Assembly: GCA_050178035.1 (NCBI GenBank)
Contig: JBFXGK010000019.1
Span: forward strand, 54 to 64,053
From: Kiritimatiellia bacterium
GTDB taxonomy: Bacteria > Verrucomicrobiota > Kiritimatiellia > JAKQHR01
Direction of reading: 5' to 3'
Length of the DNA: 64,000 nt
In this document: one piece after another, positions 38,952 to 48,621 of the stretch
Numbering within the stretch: position 1 is the first letter of the stretch
Layout: every line of letters begins with the position of its first letter
Notes under the pieces: generated by a model
The model's database searches: none
What the model saw: the letters and a program-made list of their open reading frames with translations, nothing else
Told to the model about the DNA's origin: nothing
Made by a program: the position numbers and the translations under genes

Positions 38952-40025
38952 TTATAAAAGGTCCACGACACGTTTCGCGGCATGACCGTCCCAGCCCTCA
39001 ATTCTGGCGGGTTTCGCATTATGGCGCGCGGCGAATTTCTCCCAAACTGTTTCAACAGGGTTCGCTTCAAGATCCAGCAGACTGTTGGTGCCCTCGCAAA
39101 TGGTAACGGGCCGCTCGGTGTTGGGGCGGAGGGTCAGGCACGGGATGCCCAGAAATGAGGTTTCCTCCTGAATGCCTCCGGAATCTGTGACCACGGTTCC
39201 GGCTCCGGCCATGAGTGCAAGAAATTCCACATAACCCATCGGGTCCAGAAGCGTTACGCCGGCCGGACATTCCAACCGGTGTTTCTGAAGCATCGCGCGC
39301 GTGCGCGGATGCACAGGGAAAATCACGGGGCCGGATTCCGCCACCCGGCCCAGCATGGTCATGATGCGCCCCAGCATCGCAGGCTCGTCCACGTTGGACG
39401 GCCGGTGCAGCGTTACCGCAAAATATTCGCGCGGCGTCAGCTCCAGCCGCTCGATGACATCGGACTTCGCTGAGATAGGAAGTATCTGGCAGAGACTGTC
39501 GATCATGACGTTGCCGACAAAATGAAATTTCTCCTGCGGAATGCCTTCCCGGAGCAGGTTTTTGTCCGCATCGCGGCAGCTTGTGAGCAGAATGTCGGAG
39601 ATGGAATCGGTCACAATTCGGTTGATCTCCTCGGGCATGGTGCGGTCAAAGCTACGGAGGCCCGCCTCGATGTGCGCAACGCGAATGCCCATTTTCACCC
39701 CCGTCAGCGCGCCGGCAAGAGTTGAATTCACATCGCCGGGCACAACCAGCAGATCAGGACGCAGCTGCTCCAGCAGCGGCTCAAGGGCGGTCATCACTTT
39801 GGCGGTCTGGACGGCATGACTGCCGGATCCGACCCCGAGGAAGTGATCCGGCGGGGGCATGCCGAAATCGCGAAAGAAAATGTCCGACATGACGGCGTCA
39901 TAATGCTGACCCGTATGAACAACAATCGGATCATATCCGCAGTCACGCGATTTGATTTCCCGCCAGACCGGGAAAATCTTCATGTAATTCGGCCGCACCC
40001 CAGCCAGCAACACAATCTTCTTCAA
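38952..40025 (-). CDS. UDP-N-acetylglucosamine 2-epimerase family protein (second copy)
   Basis: HIEAGLRSFDRTMPEEINR and GDVNSTLAG motifs. Divergent from the 32036 copy, so it could be the hydrolysing/NeuC-like or WbpI-like type. Confidence 0.8.
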   Translation of the reverse strand: MKKIVLLAGVRPNYMKIFPVWREIKSRDCGYDPIVVHTGQHYDAVMSDIFFRDFGMPPPDHFLGVGSGSHAVQTAKVMTALEPLLEQLRPDLLVVPGDVNSTLAGALTGVKMGIRVAHIEAGLRSFDRTMPEEINRIVTDSISDILLTSCRDADKNLLREGIPQEKFHFVGNVMIDSLCQILPISAKSDVIERLELTPREYFAVTLHRPSNVDEPAMLGRIMTMLGRVAESGPVIFPVHPRTRAMLQKHRLECPAGVTLLDPMGYVEFLALMAGAGTVVTDSGGIQEETSFLGIPCLTLRPNTERPVTICEGTNSLLDLEANPVETVWEKFAARHNAKPARIEGWDGHAAKRVVDLL

Positions 40026-40096
40026 AATACTCTCCGATCCTGCGTTTTCACTTCATTTCCTGCCTTCCTGAGTTCCTGATTCATATTTCTGTTTGT

Positions 40097-41038
40097 CTAC
40101 AGAATTTCATGCAGGCGGCAGATTTTTGCGTCGGGGGAGACATAGCGGGCTTCGCACTCCAATGAGGCGCCCGTTTTCTCGCGTACGGCGTCTCGAACTT
40201 TGCGCGTAAGCGCAATGACATCGGCAGAGGTTGCCTCACCGCGATTGACAATAAAATTAGCATGTTTTTCGCTGACCTCCGCATCGCCGATGCGAAGGCC
40301 CTTGAGCCCCGCGTCCTCAATCAGTTTTCCCGGCGGACCGAGATGCTCCAAATGCCGGGGCAGCGCGGCAAAGACGGATCCGCAGGACGGGAATTCAAGC
40401 GGAAATTTATTGGCCCTGAGCTTTAGCGCCTGCCGGGCACGTTCGCGAATCTTTTCGGGGTCTGATCTTTTGCATTCCAGCTCGACGTGCAGAATGACCA
40501 GGAGCCGTTCATGAAATACCGACCGGCGGTAACCGAATTCGCATTCATCATGACTGAGACGGATGACCTGCCCTTTCTCATCCAGCGCCCAGACCTGGCG
40601 GACGCGTTCCCCGATGGTGTAACCGCTGCAGCCCGCATTCATGAAGACCATGCCGCCCAAGGTGCCCGGGATGCCCTCCAGAAATTCAAAACCCGCAAGG
40701 CCTTCGTTTTCGAGGGCGTGCGTCAAATTGGCCGACCGGATACCGGCCTCCGCCAGCACACTGACCCCGTCAATGTTAAGTGATGAAAAATTCCGGCCAA
40801 AGCGGATCAGCGCGCCGCGAATACCCTCGTCATCGAACAGCAGCTTGGCTCCGCCGCCAATGACAGCATATTTCATCTTTTTTGCACGGACATACTGGAT
40901 TGCATTTTGAATCTGCCTGGCATTGCCGGGTTCGATCAGCAAATCGCAGGTTCCCCCGATTTTCCAGGAACAGTGCTGTTTCAACCCCGTATTCTTGCGG
41001 AAATACCCAAGATCCCTTTCATTCAGTTCAATGCGCAT
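40097..41038 (-). CDS. murB: UDP-N-acetylenolpyruvoylglucosamine reductase (UDP-N-acetylmuramate dehydrogenase)
   Basis: FAD-binding PCMH domain (KIGGTCDLL, AVIGGGAKLLF) and C-terminal MurB domain (GSVFANP-like SCGSVFA). Confidence 0.8.
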   Translation of the reverse strand: MRIELNERDLGYFRKNTGLKQHCSWKIGGTCDLLIEPGNARQIQNAIQYVRAKKMKYAVIGGGAKLLFDDEGIRGALIRFGRNFSSLNIDGVSVLAEAGIRSANLTHALENEGLAGFEFLEGIPGTLGGMVFMNAGCSGYTIGERVRQVWALDEKGQVIRLSHDECEFGYRRSVFHERLLVILHVELECKRSDPEKIRERARQALKLRANKFPLEFPSCGSVFAALPRHLEHLGPPGKLIEDAGLKGLRIGDAEVSEKHANFIVNRGEATSADVIALTRKVRDAVREKTGASLECEARYVSPDAKICRLHEIL

Positions 41039-41048
41039 GAAATATTCC

Positions 41049-41549
41049 CTACTTCAGCAGCACGTTCACGATCATTTTTTCCCAAAGCCACTGGGCCCGG
41101 TCGCGGAACTGTTTGAAGCGCTTCAGGCGTTTCTCGAAAAAGGCCCAGTCGGGATCTTTCTTTACACCTGTCTGCCGGTGCGCTGCGACCGCGGCTTCCA
41201 TTTCGCTCATTAGGGCATCAGACGCTTCAATCTTCTGAGCGATGGCATCCAGCAGGGCCTTGCGGAATATTTTTCCAAACTCCTCATTGGCGCGGTAGAA
41301 ATCCTTGCGGTCGCCCTTGACCCACACGCGACTGACGGCGCCCCACTGCTCGAGCTGACGCACGGCCATGCTGGCGCTCCCCTTGCTGATACCGAGATTG
41401 TGCATCAGGTCGGCCAGCGTCTGCGGCTCGCGACAGAAATAGAGGTGGGCAAAAATCTGGCCGATAATGCGGCCGGCGCCAAAGGATTGCGAAAAGTTTC
41501 CGGCAGACTCGACGAAACGCTGACGCAGATCTTTCAGTTCATCAGGCAT
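41049..41549 (-). CDS. GbsR/MarR-type winged-helix transcriptional regulator
   Basis: GRIIGQIFAHLYF...EPQTLADLMHNLGISKGSASMAVRQLEQWGAV matches the GbsR-family HTH. Start set at MPDELK. Confidence 0.6.
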   Translation of the reverse strand: MPDELKDLRQRFVESAGNFSQSFGAGRIIGQIFAHLYFCREPQTLADLMHNLGISKGSASMAVRQLEQWGAVSRVWVKGDRKDFYRANEEFGKIFRKALLDAIAQKIEASDALMSEMEAAVAAHRQTGVKKDPDWAFFEKRLKRFKQFRDRAQWLWEKMIVNVLLK

Positions 41550-41599
41550 GGCAACACCCCACAAGGCAGAAATTTCGGATTAGTGGAACGAAAGGAAAC

Positions 41600-41695
41600 G
41601 CTAAAAGGCTGAAAATAGGCAGTATTTAAGCGCTTTTTATAAGAATTATAACAAAGTTTTGGCCGTTTTTAATGCTTTTTAAGCATCTTTAGCCG
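41600..41695. repeat. Phased T-tract tandem repeat, copy C
   Basis: gcagtatttaagcgctttttataagaattataacaaagttttggccgtttttaatgctttttaagcatcttt. Located immediately upstream of the regulator gene. Confidence 0.5.
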
Positions 41696-41704
41696 GTTGT
41701 CGGG

Positions 41705-41887
41705 CTAAAACAGAGTGTAGATAAACGGAGCCACCGATGATCCGGCGACAATCAAAACGGACAGCAACAGCAGGACTATGACCACGGGGACAATCCACCA
41801 GGCCTTATTGTGCCACGCGAATTCGCCGAATTCTTTTAATAGAAGTCCGAGATATTTCAAAATCTTCATGGAGCAATTTCCCTGCAA
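41705..41887 (-). CDS. Small membrane protein, DUF5989/SxtK-like, carbamoyltransferase-associated
   Basis: 60 aa with a single C-terminal TM helix (WWIVPVVIVLLLLSVLIVAG). Sits 4 nt downstream of the carbamoyltransferase, as SxtK-like genes do. Confidence 0.5.
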   Translation of the reverse strand: MQGNCSMKILKYLGLLLKEFGEFAWHNKAWWIVPVVIVLLLLSVLIVAGSSVAPFIYTLF

Positions 41888-41890
41888 CGG

Positions 41891-43720
41891 TTAATCCAAT
41901 ACAAAGTCCGTCCGCCAGCTGGCGCTGTCCTGGAAGGGCGGCTGATGTTTTTTATCCAAAATGTAGGAACCCAGAACGAGATAGTCCATTTCGGTTCGCA
42001 TGAAACAGCGGTAGGCATCTTCAGGCGTGCAGACGATGGGTTCACCGCGAACATTGAAAGAAGTGTTGATAACAATACCATAGCCGGTGAGATCATCAAA
42101 GGCCTTGATAATAGCATGGTATCGCGGACTGGTCTCGCGGTTCACGGTCTGTACGCGGGCGGAATAATCCACATGCGTAATGGCCGGGATGTCAGAGCGC
42201 ACCTGGTTGATGCGCTCGCGAACGGAAAGCTTTTCGCTTTCATCCAGCCCAAGGCAGCGATCCTTGCGGACCCGGGCAACCAAAAGCATATAGGGCGACG
42301 GGCGGTCCAGTTCAAAGTAATCAGATGCTTTTTCCTCGAGGCACGACGGCGCAAAGGGCCGGAAGGACTCGCGGTACTTGATCTTCAAATTCATAATGGA
42401 CTGCATTTTGGGAGAACGAGCATCGCCAATGATAGAGCGCCCGCCAAGGGCGCGCGGGCCAAACTCCATACGGCCCTGGCATAGGCCTATGACATTTTCC
42501 TCCGCAATCAGCCGGGCTATAGTGCGGGCCCAGTCGGCTTCAGTCGGTCTCGTCGCGGGATATCCCTTTACCTGGAGGAACTCGCCAACTTCCTCATCGG
42601 AGAATTCGGGACCAAGATAAGCACCATTCATCTGATCATGCTTATTGTCAGCCGAACGGGGATTCCCCTTCACCTGATGCCAGACCAGGAGAGCACACCC
42701 GAGGGCTCCGCCGGCATCTCCCGCGGCGGGCTGTATCCAGATATCCTCAAACGGGCCTTCCCGCAAAAGGCGGCCATTGGCCACACAGTTGAGCGCAACG
42801 CCGCCGGCCATACAAAGATATTTTTCGCCGGTTATTTTGTGAACATGCCGGGCCATCCGCAAAACAATTTCCTCCGCGACCACCTGAATGGAGGCGGCGA
42901 TGTCCATTTCGCGCTCAGTGAGGTCCGATTCGGACTTGCGCGGCGGTCCGCCAAATAGTTCATCAAAACGGTTGTTGGTCATCGTCAAGCCGTCGAGATA
43001 GCCAAAATAATCGAGATTCAGCCGAAACGATCCATCCTCGCGCAAATCAAGAAGCTTATCCCTGATGAGATCAGCAAACACGGGTTTCCCGTAAGGGGCA
43101 AGGCCCATGAGTTTGTATTCTCCGGAATTGACTTTGAAGCCGGTAAAGTAGGTGAAAGCGGAATAAAGCAAACCAAGGGAGTGAGGAAAACGCAGTTCGC
43201 TGAAGATTTCCACTTGATTTCCCCTGCCGCGACCAATGGTGCTGGTCGCCCATTCGCCCACGCCATCAATCGTCAGGATAGCTGCGCTTTCATAGGGCGA
43301 GGGATAAAAGGCGCTGCCGGCATGCGACTCGTGGTGCTCCGGAAAGAACATTTCCGGCGGCATTTTGATGCCGGCCTGCTCCAGCGAGGCCTCAATCTCC
43401 GGTGGAATCCACAGTTTCTGTTTAAGCCAAAGGGGCAGGGCCATCATGAAGGAATTCAAACCTTTGGGGGCAACCCCGATGTAGGTCTCAAGAATGCGGG
43501 CAAACTTGTTGATGGGCTTGTCATAAAATGCAACCGCATCAAGCTGTCCCGACTGGATGCCACCCTCGGCAAGGCAATAGCGGACAGCATTAACCGGGAA
43601 GTTGGAATCATGTTTCTTGCGTGTAAAGCGCTCCTCCTGCGCGGCAGCTATAATCTGCCCGTCGCGCACAAGTGCGGCAGCCGAGTCGTGATAAAAAGCG
43701 CTGATCCCAAGAATATTCAT
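41891..43720 (-). CDS. Carbamoyltransferase (NodU/CmcH/SxtI family)
   Basis: N-terminal MNILGISAFYHDSAAALV, metal site EHHESHAGSAF and C-terminal YrdC-like half. Start at the TAATG overlap, not the track start at 43888. Confidence 0.85.
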   Translation of the reverse strand: MNILGISAFYHDSAAALVRDGQIIAAAQEERFTRKKHDSNFPVNAVRYCLAEGGIQSGQLDAVAFYDKPINKFARILETYIGVAPKGLNSFMMALPLWLKQKLWIPPEIEASLEQAGIKMPPEMFFPEHHESHAGSAFYPSPYESAAILTIDGVGEWATSTIGRGRGNQVEIFSELRFPHSLGLLYSAFTYFTGFKVNSGEYKLMGLAPYGKPVFADLIRDKLLDLREDGSFRLNLDYFGYLDGLTMTNNRFDELFGGPPRKSESDLTEREMDIAASIQVVAEEIVLRMARHVHKITGEKYLCMAGGVALNCVANGRLLREGPFEDIWIQPAAGDAGGALGCALLVWHQVKGNPRSADNKHDQMNGAYLGPEFSDEEVGEFLQVKGYPATRPTEADWARTIARLIAEENVIGLCQGRMEFGPRALGGRSIIGDARSPKMQSIMNLKIKYRESFRPFAPSCLEEKASDYFELDRPSPYMLLVARVRKDRCLGLDESEKLSVRERINQVRSDIPAITHVDYSARVQTVNRETSPRYHAIIKAFDDLTGYGIVINTSFNVRGEPIVCTPEDAYRCFMRTEMDYLVLGSYILDKKHQPPFQDSASWRTDFVLD

Positions 43721-44196
43721 TAGAACTGTTTCCTGTATCGCGAAACGTCCCCAACCGGCTTGCGAGATGTCCAATAGGTGGGTTCGGCCGTATGAATCTG
43801 GCGATGAAGAGGGTCCTTCCCTTTTAGTTTCAGCGCCAGATGCATAGGGAAGAAGCACAGATAGTAGAATGGCGTCAGTAGCACCCATGTAAGGACTTCA
43901 CCCACCCGTTGCCCCAGCCGCTTTCCAAAGCGTTCAATGGCGGAAAATACCGGTGGAATGAATAATCCCGACACCAGCACAACTCCGGAAAAACTCCAAA
44001 CAACAAACCCCATAGTCCTATGACCCAGCCGCCAGAAAAGAAAAGCGCCAATAACCGCCATAACCGCGGTTTGAATTACAGCTGCTTTTTTTGAATTTTG
44101 CCCTTTTGAGGCGTCAGCTTTTTTCGCTGCGCCTTCCCGCCAGGGCCAAACCACTGATGAAACCGTATTACTCATAGAACTGCTGTATCGATCCAA
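43720..44196 (-). CDS. SxtJ-like small membrane protein (putative)
   Basis: 158 aa with 3-4 TM helices. Overlaps the carbamoyltransferase start. Confidence 0.45.
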   Translation of the reverse strand: MDRYSSSMSNTVSSVVWPWREGAAKKADASKGQNSKKAAVIQTAVMAVIGAFLFWRLGHRTMGFVVWSFSGVVLVSGLFIPPVFSAIERFGKRLGQRVGEVLTWVLLTPFYYLCFFPMHLALKLKGKDPLHRQIHTAEPTYWTSRKPVGDVSRYRKQF

Positions 44197-44420
44197 TAAA
44201 CCTGCTCACTGAAGTTACGGCGGGTGTCTCTACAACAAAATGCCGGGCAATGAAAGGAAAAATCCGCAAGGTCAGCCGGCGGAGCCCCCACCCGGTTGAA
44301 TTCACTGCCGCTTTATTATTCGGCTTGCCCTGCTGGGTTTAATCGTTAAGCTTGCCAACCGGTTTGTGTCAGGTGAATTAGACACGAAATACAAGCGATC
44401 AGGAAAGCCGGAGCACAAAT

Positions 44421-45569
44421 ATGAAACCCAAGAAAACAAAGCAGACGCGGATTGCACGAAAAATCGGCCTGCTTGCTGCCAGCACACTGATCTCCTGTTT
44501 GCTGCTGGAGTTCGCCGTGCGGATATTTCTCGGCGACCGCATCGTTTTATTCCCGAGATTTCATGCCCGGGCCGAGTACGGGCCATACACCATCAGACGT
44601 TTGCGGCCAGACACCACTTTCCGTCATCGCAGCCGGGACGGATCCTGGAAATTCACTATCAACTCGCAGGGTTTCCGTTCAGCCGCGGATTTTCAGTATG
44701 AAAAACCGGAGGGAAATTTAAGGGTGATCTGCCTCGGTGATTCGCAAACCCAGGGCTTCGAGTGCCGTCAGGACAAAACATTTTCCGCAGTCATTCAGCG
44801 CTATCTCTCCAAACGCGGGGAAAATGCGGAAGTCATCAATGCCGGGGTCTCCGGATTCAGCACCGCCGAAGCTCTCGCCTTTCTGGAAAATGAAGGCATC
44901 CGGTACAACCCCGATGCCGTTGTGCTCGGTTTCTTTGCCAATGACATGGATGACAACATCAAAGCCGATCTTTTCAGATTAACCGAAGAGGGTCTGGCGA
45001 ACCATCGCTTCGAGCACATTCCCGCCGTCGGCATACTGGATGTGGTTGACCGTTGCCCGCCGCTGCGCTGGCTCTCTCAGAATTCGTATGCCTACTCCCA
45101 CTTGTTCAATACCGTATGGGAGTACAAAAAGAGCCTGCTGTTGAAAGAGGCTGAATACGCCGCCGCGACGGAGTTTGCGGCTGCCCAGAAAGACGAAGAT
45201 GCCCGCCTGACTGGGAAGAAACAACAGCTGACGGAAGCCCTGCTGGAACGCATGCATTCATTCTGCGAAAGCAACAATGTTGTCCTTGTTGTGCTGGATA
45301 TTCCTCAGCCGGGCAAGGAAGATCAGGACTTCCTGCCGTCCATTCCCGAAAAAATGGTGCAGTCTTTCAAGGAGCATTCGGATGCGCTTATTCTGAGTCC
45401 GGAAATCCTTGGAGATTATGACGGGCTGCTGGATTTTTTCGTGCCGCACGGCCAGCGCCATATTTCCGAAGCAACTCACATGCTGCTTGGAGCAGCGGCG
45501 GCAAAATCCATTCTGGAACAGTTGGAGGGCAGAAAATCATTGGAAATCGCTCCTGCCGTGGATTATTGA
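44421..45569 (+). CDS. SGNH/GDSL hydrolase-family protein (putative polysaccharide O-acyl esterase/transferase)
   Basis: N-terminal TM anchor. Block I VICLGDSQTQG carries the catalytic Ser. Gly (NAGVSG) and Asn blocks are present. Confidence 0.7.
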   Translation: MKPKKTKQTRIARKIGLLAASTLISCLLLEFAVRIFLGDRIVLFPRFHARAEYGPYTIRRLRPDTTFRHRSRDGSWKFTINSQGFRSAADFQYEKPEGNLRVICLGDSQTQGFECRQDKTFSAVIQRYLSKRGENAEVINAGVSGFSTAEALAFLENEGIRYNPDAVVLGFFANDMDDNIKADLFRLTEEGLANHRFEHIPAVGILDVVDRCPPLRWLSQNSYAYSHLFNTVWEYKKSLLLKEAEYAAATEFAAAQKDEDARLTGKKQQLTEALLERMHSFCESNNVVLVVLDIPQPGKEDQDFLPSIPEKMVQSFKEHSDALILSPEILGDYDGLLDFFVPHGQRHISEATHMLLGAAAAKSILEQLEGRKSLEIAPAVDY

Positions 45570-45589
45570 AGCACAAGTGCGGAAAAACC

Positions 45590-45690
45590 TGATAATTTTG
45601 TTCATTTTCCACGATTTCTGCTGTTTTTAGGCCGTTTTTGAGCATTTTTGGCTGTTTTTGAACGTTTTTTGCTTTTTTTAGGATATTCTA
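45590..45690. repeat. Phased T-tract tandem repeat, copy D
   Basis: ttcattttccacgatttctgctgtttttaggccgtttttgagcatttttggctgtttttgaacgttttttgcttttttta. Shares tttttgagcatttttgg with copy A. Confidence 0.55.
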
Positions 45691-45926
45691 CGTGTTTGGG
45701 GGCGCGTTTATCCACCAACCCGGAGGCAGACTTCGTCCCGGTGAAATCCCGGCGGGACGGGATTGCACGGACCGCAATCTAATTTCCGGACGTCACGCAT
45801 ACGCATAACGTTCAATACGCATTGAACATATCATACGACACGGCAGACGCAAGAACAATGCGCCAAAATCTTTTTTCTTGGGGGAGGCGGCTCCGGTCTG
45901 ATAGTCTCATAAACAGTGTTCTGACC

Positions 45927-46748
45927 ATGAATACCTTTTTCGAACTGGTGATCGCAGAACTCCTGTCGCAAGGCGTTCTTCGGCGCGACAGCCGCATCCT
46001 GGTGATGTGCGGCGGCGAAACCGACCACGCTGTGCTGATGAAGCTCGGCTTCACAAATGTTGTGATCAGCAATGTGGACGAGCGGAGAGACCGGAATGAC
46101 ACCGCCCAATACGCCCCGTTTGAGTGGAGCTACCAAAATGCCGAATCCATGACGTTCGAAGACCGCAGCTTCGAGTTTGTGATCGAGCACTCGGGCCTGC
46201 ACCACCTGCCCTGTCCACAGCGCGGCATTGCGGAAATGTACCGCGTGGCGTCAAAAGGAATCATCGGATTCGAGGCAAACCGCAATCTTTTCACCACCCT
46301 CGGCGTAAAACTTGGATTCGGACAGGAATATGAGACGGCGGCGGTTTTCTACAACGATCTCAAATACGGCGGCATTTCCAACAGCGCCATCCCCAATTAT
46401 GTCTACCGCTTCACCGCAGGCGATATCCGGCGAACCGTCTCAACGCTGAATCCCGCTGCACGGCACCGTTATCGGTTCTGGCACGCCACGCAAATCCCGG
46501 CGGCTGCGCAAAATATTAAAAATCCTCTGGTCCGCTTCGGATTGCGGACATTCGGAAGCCTGCTGAAGCTGGCGGGAAGATCTTGTCCGTTTCTCGCGAA
46601 CAACATGGCCTTCTTTGCGGCCAAACCCGCCATTCCGGATGATCTGCATCCATGGCTGAAGTTGGAAAACGGGAACATCGTTCCCAACCGGGAATTCCTG
46701 GAGAGAAAGTACCGGCCGGGCCGGGTTAACGGCCCAGCGCCTCTTTAA
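45927..46748 (+). CDS. Class I methyltransferase-like protein
   Basis: ILVMCGGETDHAVLMKLGF...FEFVIEHSGLHHL resembles the SAM-MT motif I/II layout. Start chosen at MNTFFEL. Alternative start at 45822. Confidence 0.5.
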   Translation: MNTFFELVIAELLSQGVLRRDSRILVMCGGETDHAVLMKLGFTNVVISNVDERRDRNDTAQYAPFEWSYQNAESMTFEDRSFEFVIEHSGLHHLPCPQRGIAEMYRVASKGIIGFEANRNLFTTLGVKLGFGQEYETAAVFYNDLKYGGISNSAIPNYVYRFTAGDIRRTVSTLNPAARHRYRFWHATQIPAAAQNIKNPLVRFGLRTFGSLLKLAGRSCPFLANNMAFFAAKPAIPDDLHPWLKLENGNIVPNREFLERKYRPGRVNGPAPL

Positions 46749-48612
46749 GAAGCTGAATGTTCAGCATGACCATTGTCGGAGGCTCCGGCAGACGGGCCGC
46801 CCGCTCAAATACTTCCAGAGCCTCTTCGTGTCGGCCGTTCAGTCGCAGAGCCAAACCCAGCTGAGTGATGTAGAATGAATCCTTCGGATAATCGTTCACG
46901 ATCTGTCGAAGAAGTTCGATGGCCCTGTCGTTTTCGCCAAGGGCCGAATGCACCTTGCTCTTGCCGTAGACAACTTCCAGCGCGTACGGATTGCGCTTGA
47001 GCGCCTCGTCATAGCTTTCCAGCGCCAGTCGGCTGTTTTCCTTTTTAGCCTCCGCATCGAGGCTCCAGAATCCGCGTGTCTTGTGAATGTGCCCCATACC
47101 CTTCCACGGTTCCCAGAATCCGGGATCAATTTTGACAGCCTTCTGAAAATACTGCAGAGCCTTCTCGTCTTTCAGTTCGCCGCGGGCCTTTTCCCCGAGT
47201 CGGAAAAGAACGTCCGACGCCAGCGCCTGCGCCGACAGGAGCAGAAGGATTACAGCGCACAGCGCGCCGCACAGGGAAAACGCCCGGGCAGATATCCGGC
47301 GGGGCTGAAAAGCTCCCGCGGCGTACAGCTCGGCCGAAACCAGCCCCCCCAGCAGAATCAGGATGTGGCTGTTGGCAGAGATGTGGAAGTTGAAATCGAA
47401 AACAGCATGCGCAAGACTGGCCGCGGACGCCCCCAGAAACCCCGCCGTGAGAAATTCCGCATGCCCATGCAAATCCCTCTTCAAGTAAATGAAAAGCAGA
47501 CGTCCGAGACCCCAGAAAACAAAGACCGCAAACAGCACCAGGCCCACCGCGCCATATTCCGCAAGGATCTGAACATACTCGTTATGAGCATACATCACCC
47601 ACGACTGGTAAGTATGCGACCTGTATTTCGGCTCCACCCAGCGGTAGGTGCCCGGCCCGCAGCCGAAAATGGGGTTATCCTTCACGATCCCCATGGCGTC
47701 GGACCACAGCTGTGTGCGGACATCTCCCGTTCGGGCGTATTCGATCCGGTTTCTCACGACCGGAACGGTTGTCCAGAGAACGAAGCCAAGACCAGCGACC
47801 AGCAGCGGCAGGCCAATAAAACTCACATAGAATAATTTTCTGTTCCGCTTCCAGAGAACAAGCCAGAGCGTCGCCACAAAACCGACCGCCCCCCCGATCC
47901 AACCCGAACGAGACTGGGTCAGCACCAGCACCGGCGCAATCAGGGCCAGCGTATATCCAGAGAAGATGCGCAGCATTCCGCCCGCGCCCGGCGAGAAAAG
48001 AAAAGCCAGGCAGATGCACATAACAATCTCCAGCAGATTGGCAAAATGATTGGGGCACATATAGGTGCCGCTGGCGCGCATGCCATACGTTTCCGGCCGC
48101 ACGAGGTTCAGAACCATGCGCGAGCCGCGCACGTGCAATACGAGCGCATACCAGAGGATGAGTGAAACAACAACGACGAGAAGGCCGGTGATCCATTTCC
48201 AGCGGTTTCCGCGGTGGCCCATGTTCGTCCACGCCAGCAGGATCAGCACGGCGTTTGCCAGCATCACAAAATGAAAGCGGGTGATGTGGCTGATTTCAGA
48301 ACCCGGAATCCTGAACGCCACATAGGCCAGCAGAGCCAGTCCCGCAAAGAAACCGGGCGGGATGCGGATCTCGCGCAGATCCGGCGCAAACAGCGGCCGG
48401 AGAAAAAACAGCAGAAGGCCGGCCAAGGAAAACATCATCAGCAGCGCAATAGACCAGGTTCTGACGCCGCCATACAGGAACAGGCCCGCCCATGCAGGCG
48501 CCAGAAGGAATATCAGGGTGATTCCGTCATAAAAACCACGACGCAAGGACACCGGGGCAACCTGACTGCGGCGGCGGCGGCGGGATCCCTGATGGTCTTC
48601 AGGCGGTTGCAT
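46726..48612 (-). CDS. O-antigen ligase-family membrane protein fused to C-terminal TPR domain (PEP-CTERM-system-type O-glycosyl ligase candidate)
   Basis: About 12 TM helices with a Wzy_C/O-antigen-ligase loop (LTQSRSGWIGG). C-terminal ~150 aa carry 3-4 TPR repeats. Confidence 0.65.
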   Translation of the reverse strand: MQPPEDHQGSRRRRRSQVAPVSLRRGFYDGITLIFLLAPAWAGLFLYGGVRTWSIALLMMFSLAGLLLFFLRPLFAPDLREIRIPPGFFAGLALLAYVAFRIPGSEISHITRFHFVMLANAVLILLAWTNMGHRGNRWKWITGLLVVVVSLILWYALVLHVRGSRMVLNLVRPETYGMRASGTYMCPNHFANLLEIVMCICLAFLFSPGAGGMLRIFSGYTLALIAPVLVLTQSRSGWIGGAVGFVATLWLVLWKRNRKLFYVSFIGLPLLVAGLGFVLWTTVPVVRNRIEYARTGDVRTQLWSDAMGIVKDNPIFGCGPGTYRWVEPKYRSHTYQSWVMYAHNEYVQILAEYGAVGLVLFAVFVFWGLGRLLFIYLKRDLHGHAEFLTAGFLGASAASLAHAVFDFNFHISANSHILILLGGLVSAELYAAGAFQPRRISARAFSLCGALCAVILLLLSAQALASDVLFRLGEKARGELKDEKALQYFQKAVKIDPGFWEPWKGMGHIHKTRGFWSLDAEAKKENSRLALESYDEALKRNPYALEVVYGKSKVHSALGENDRAIELLRQIVNDYPKDSFYITQLGLALRLNGRHEEALEVFERAARLPEPPTMVMLNIQLLKEALGR

Positions 48613-48621
48613 CGGCAGAAA

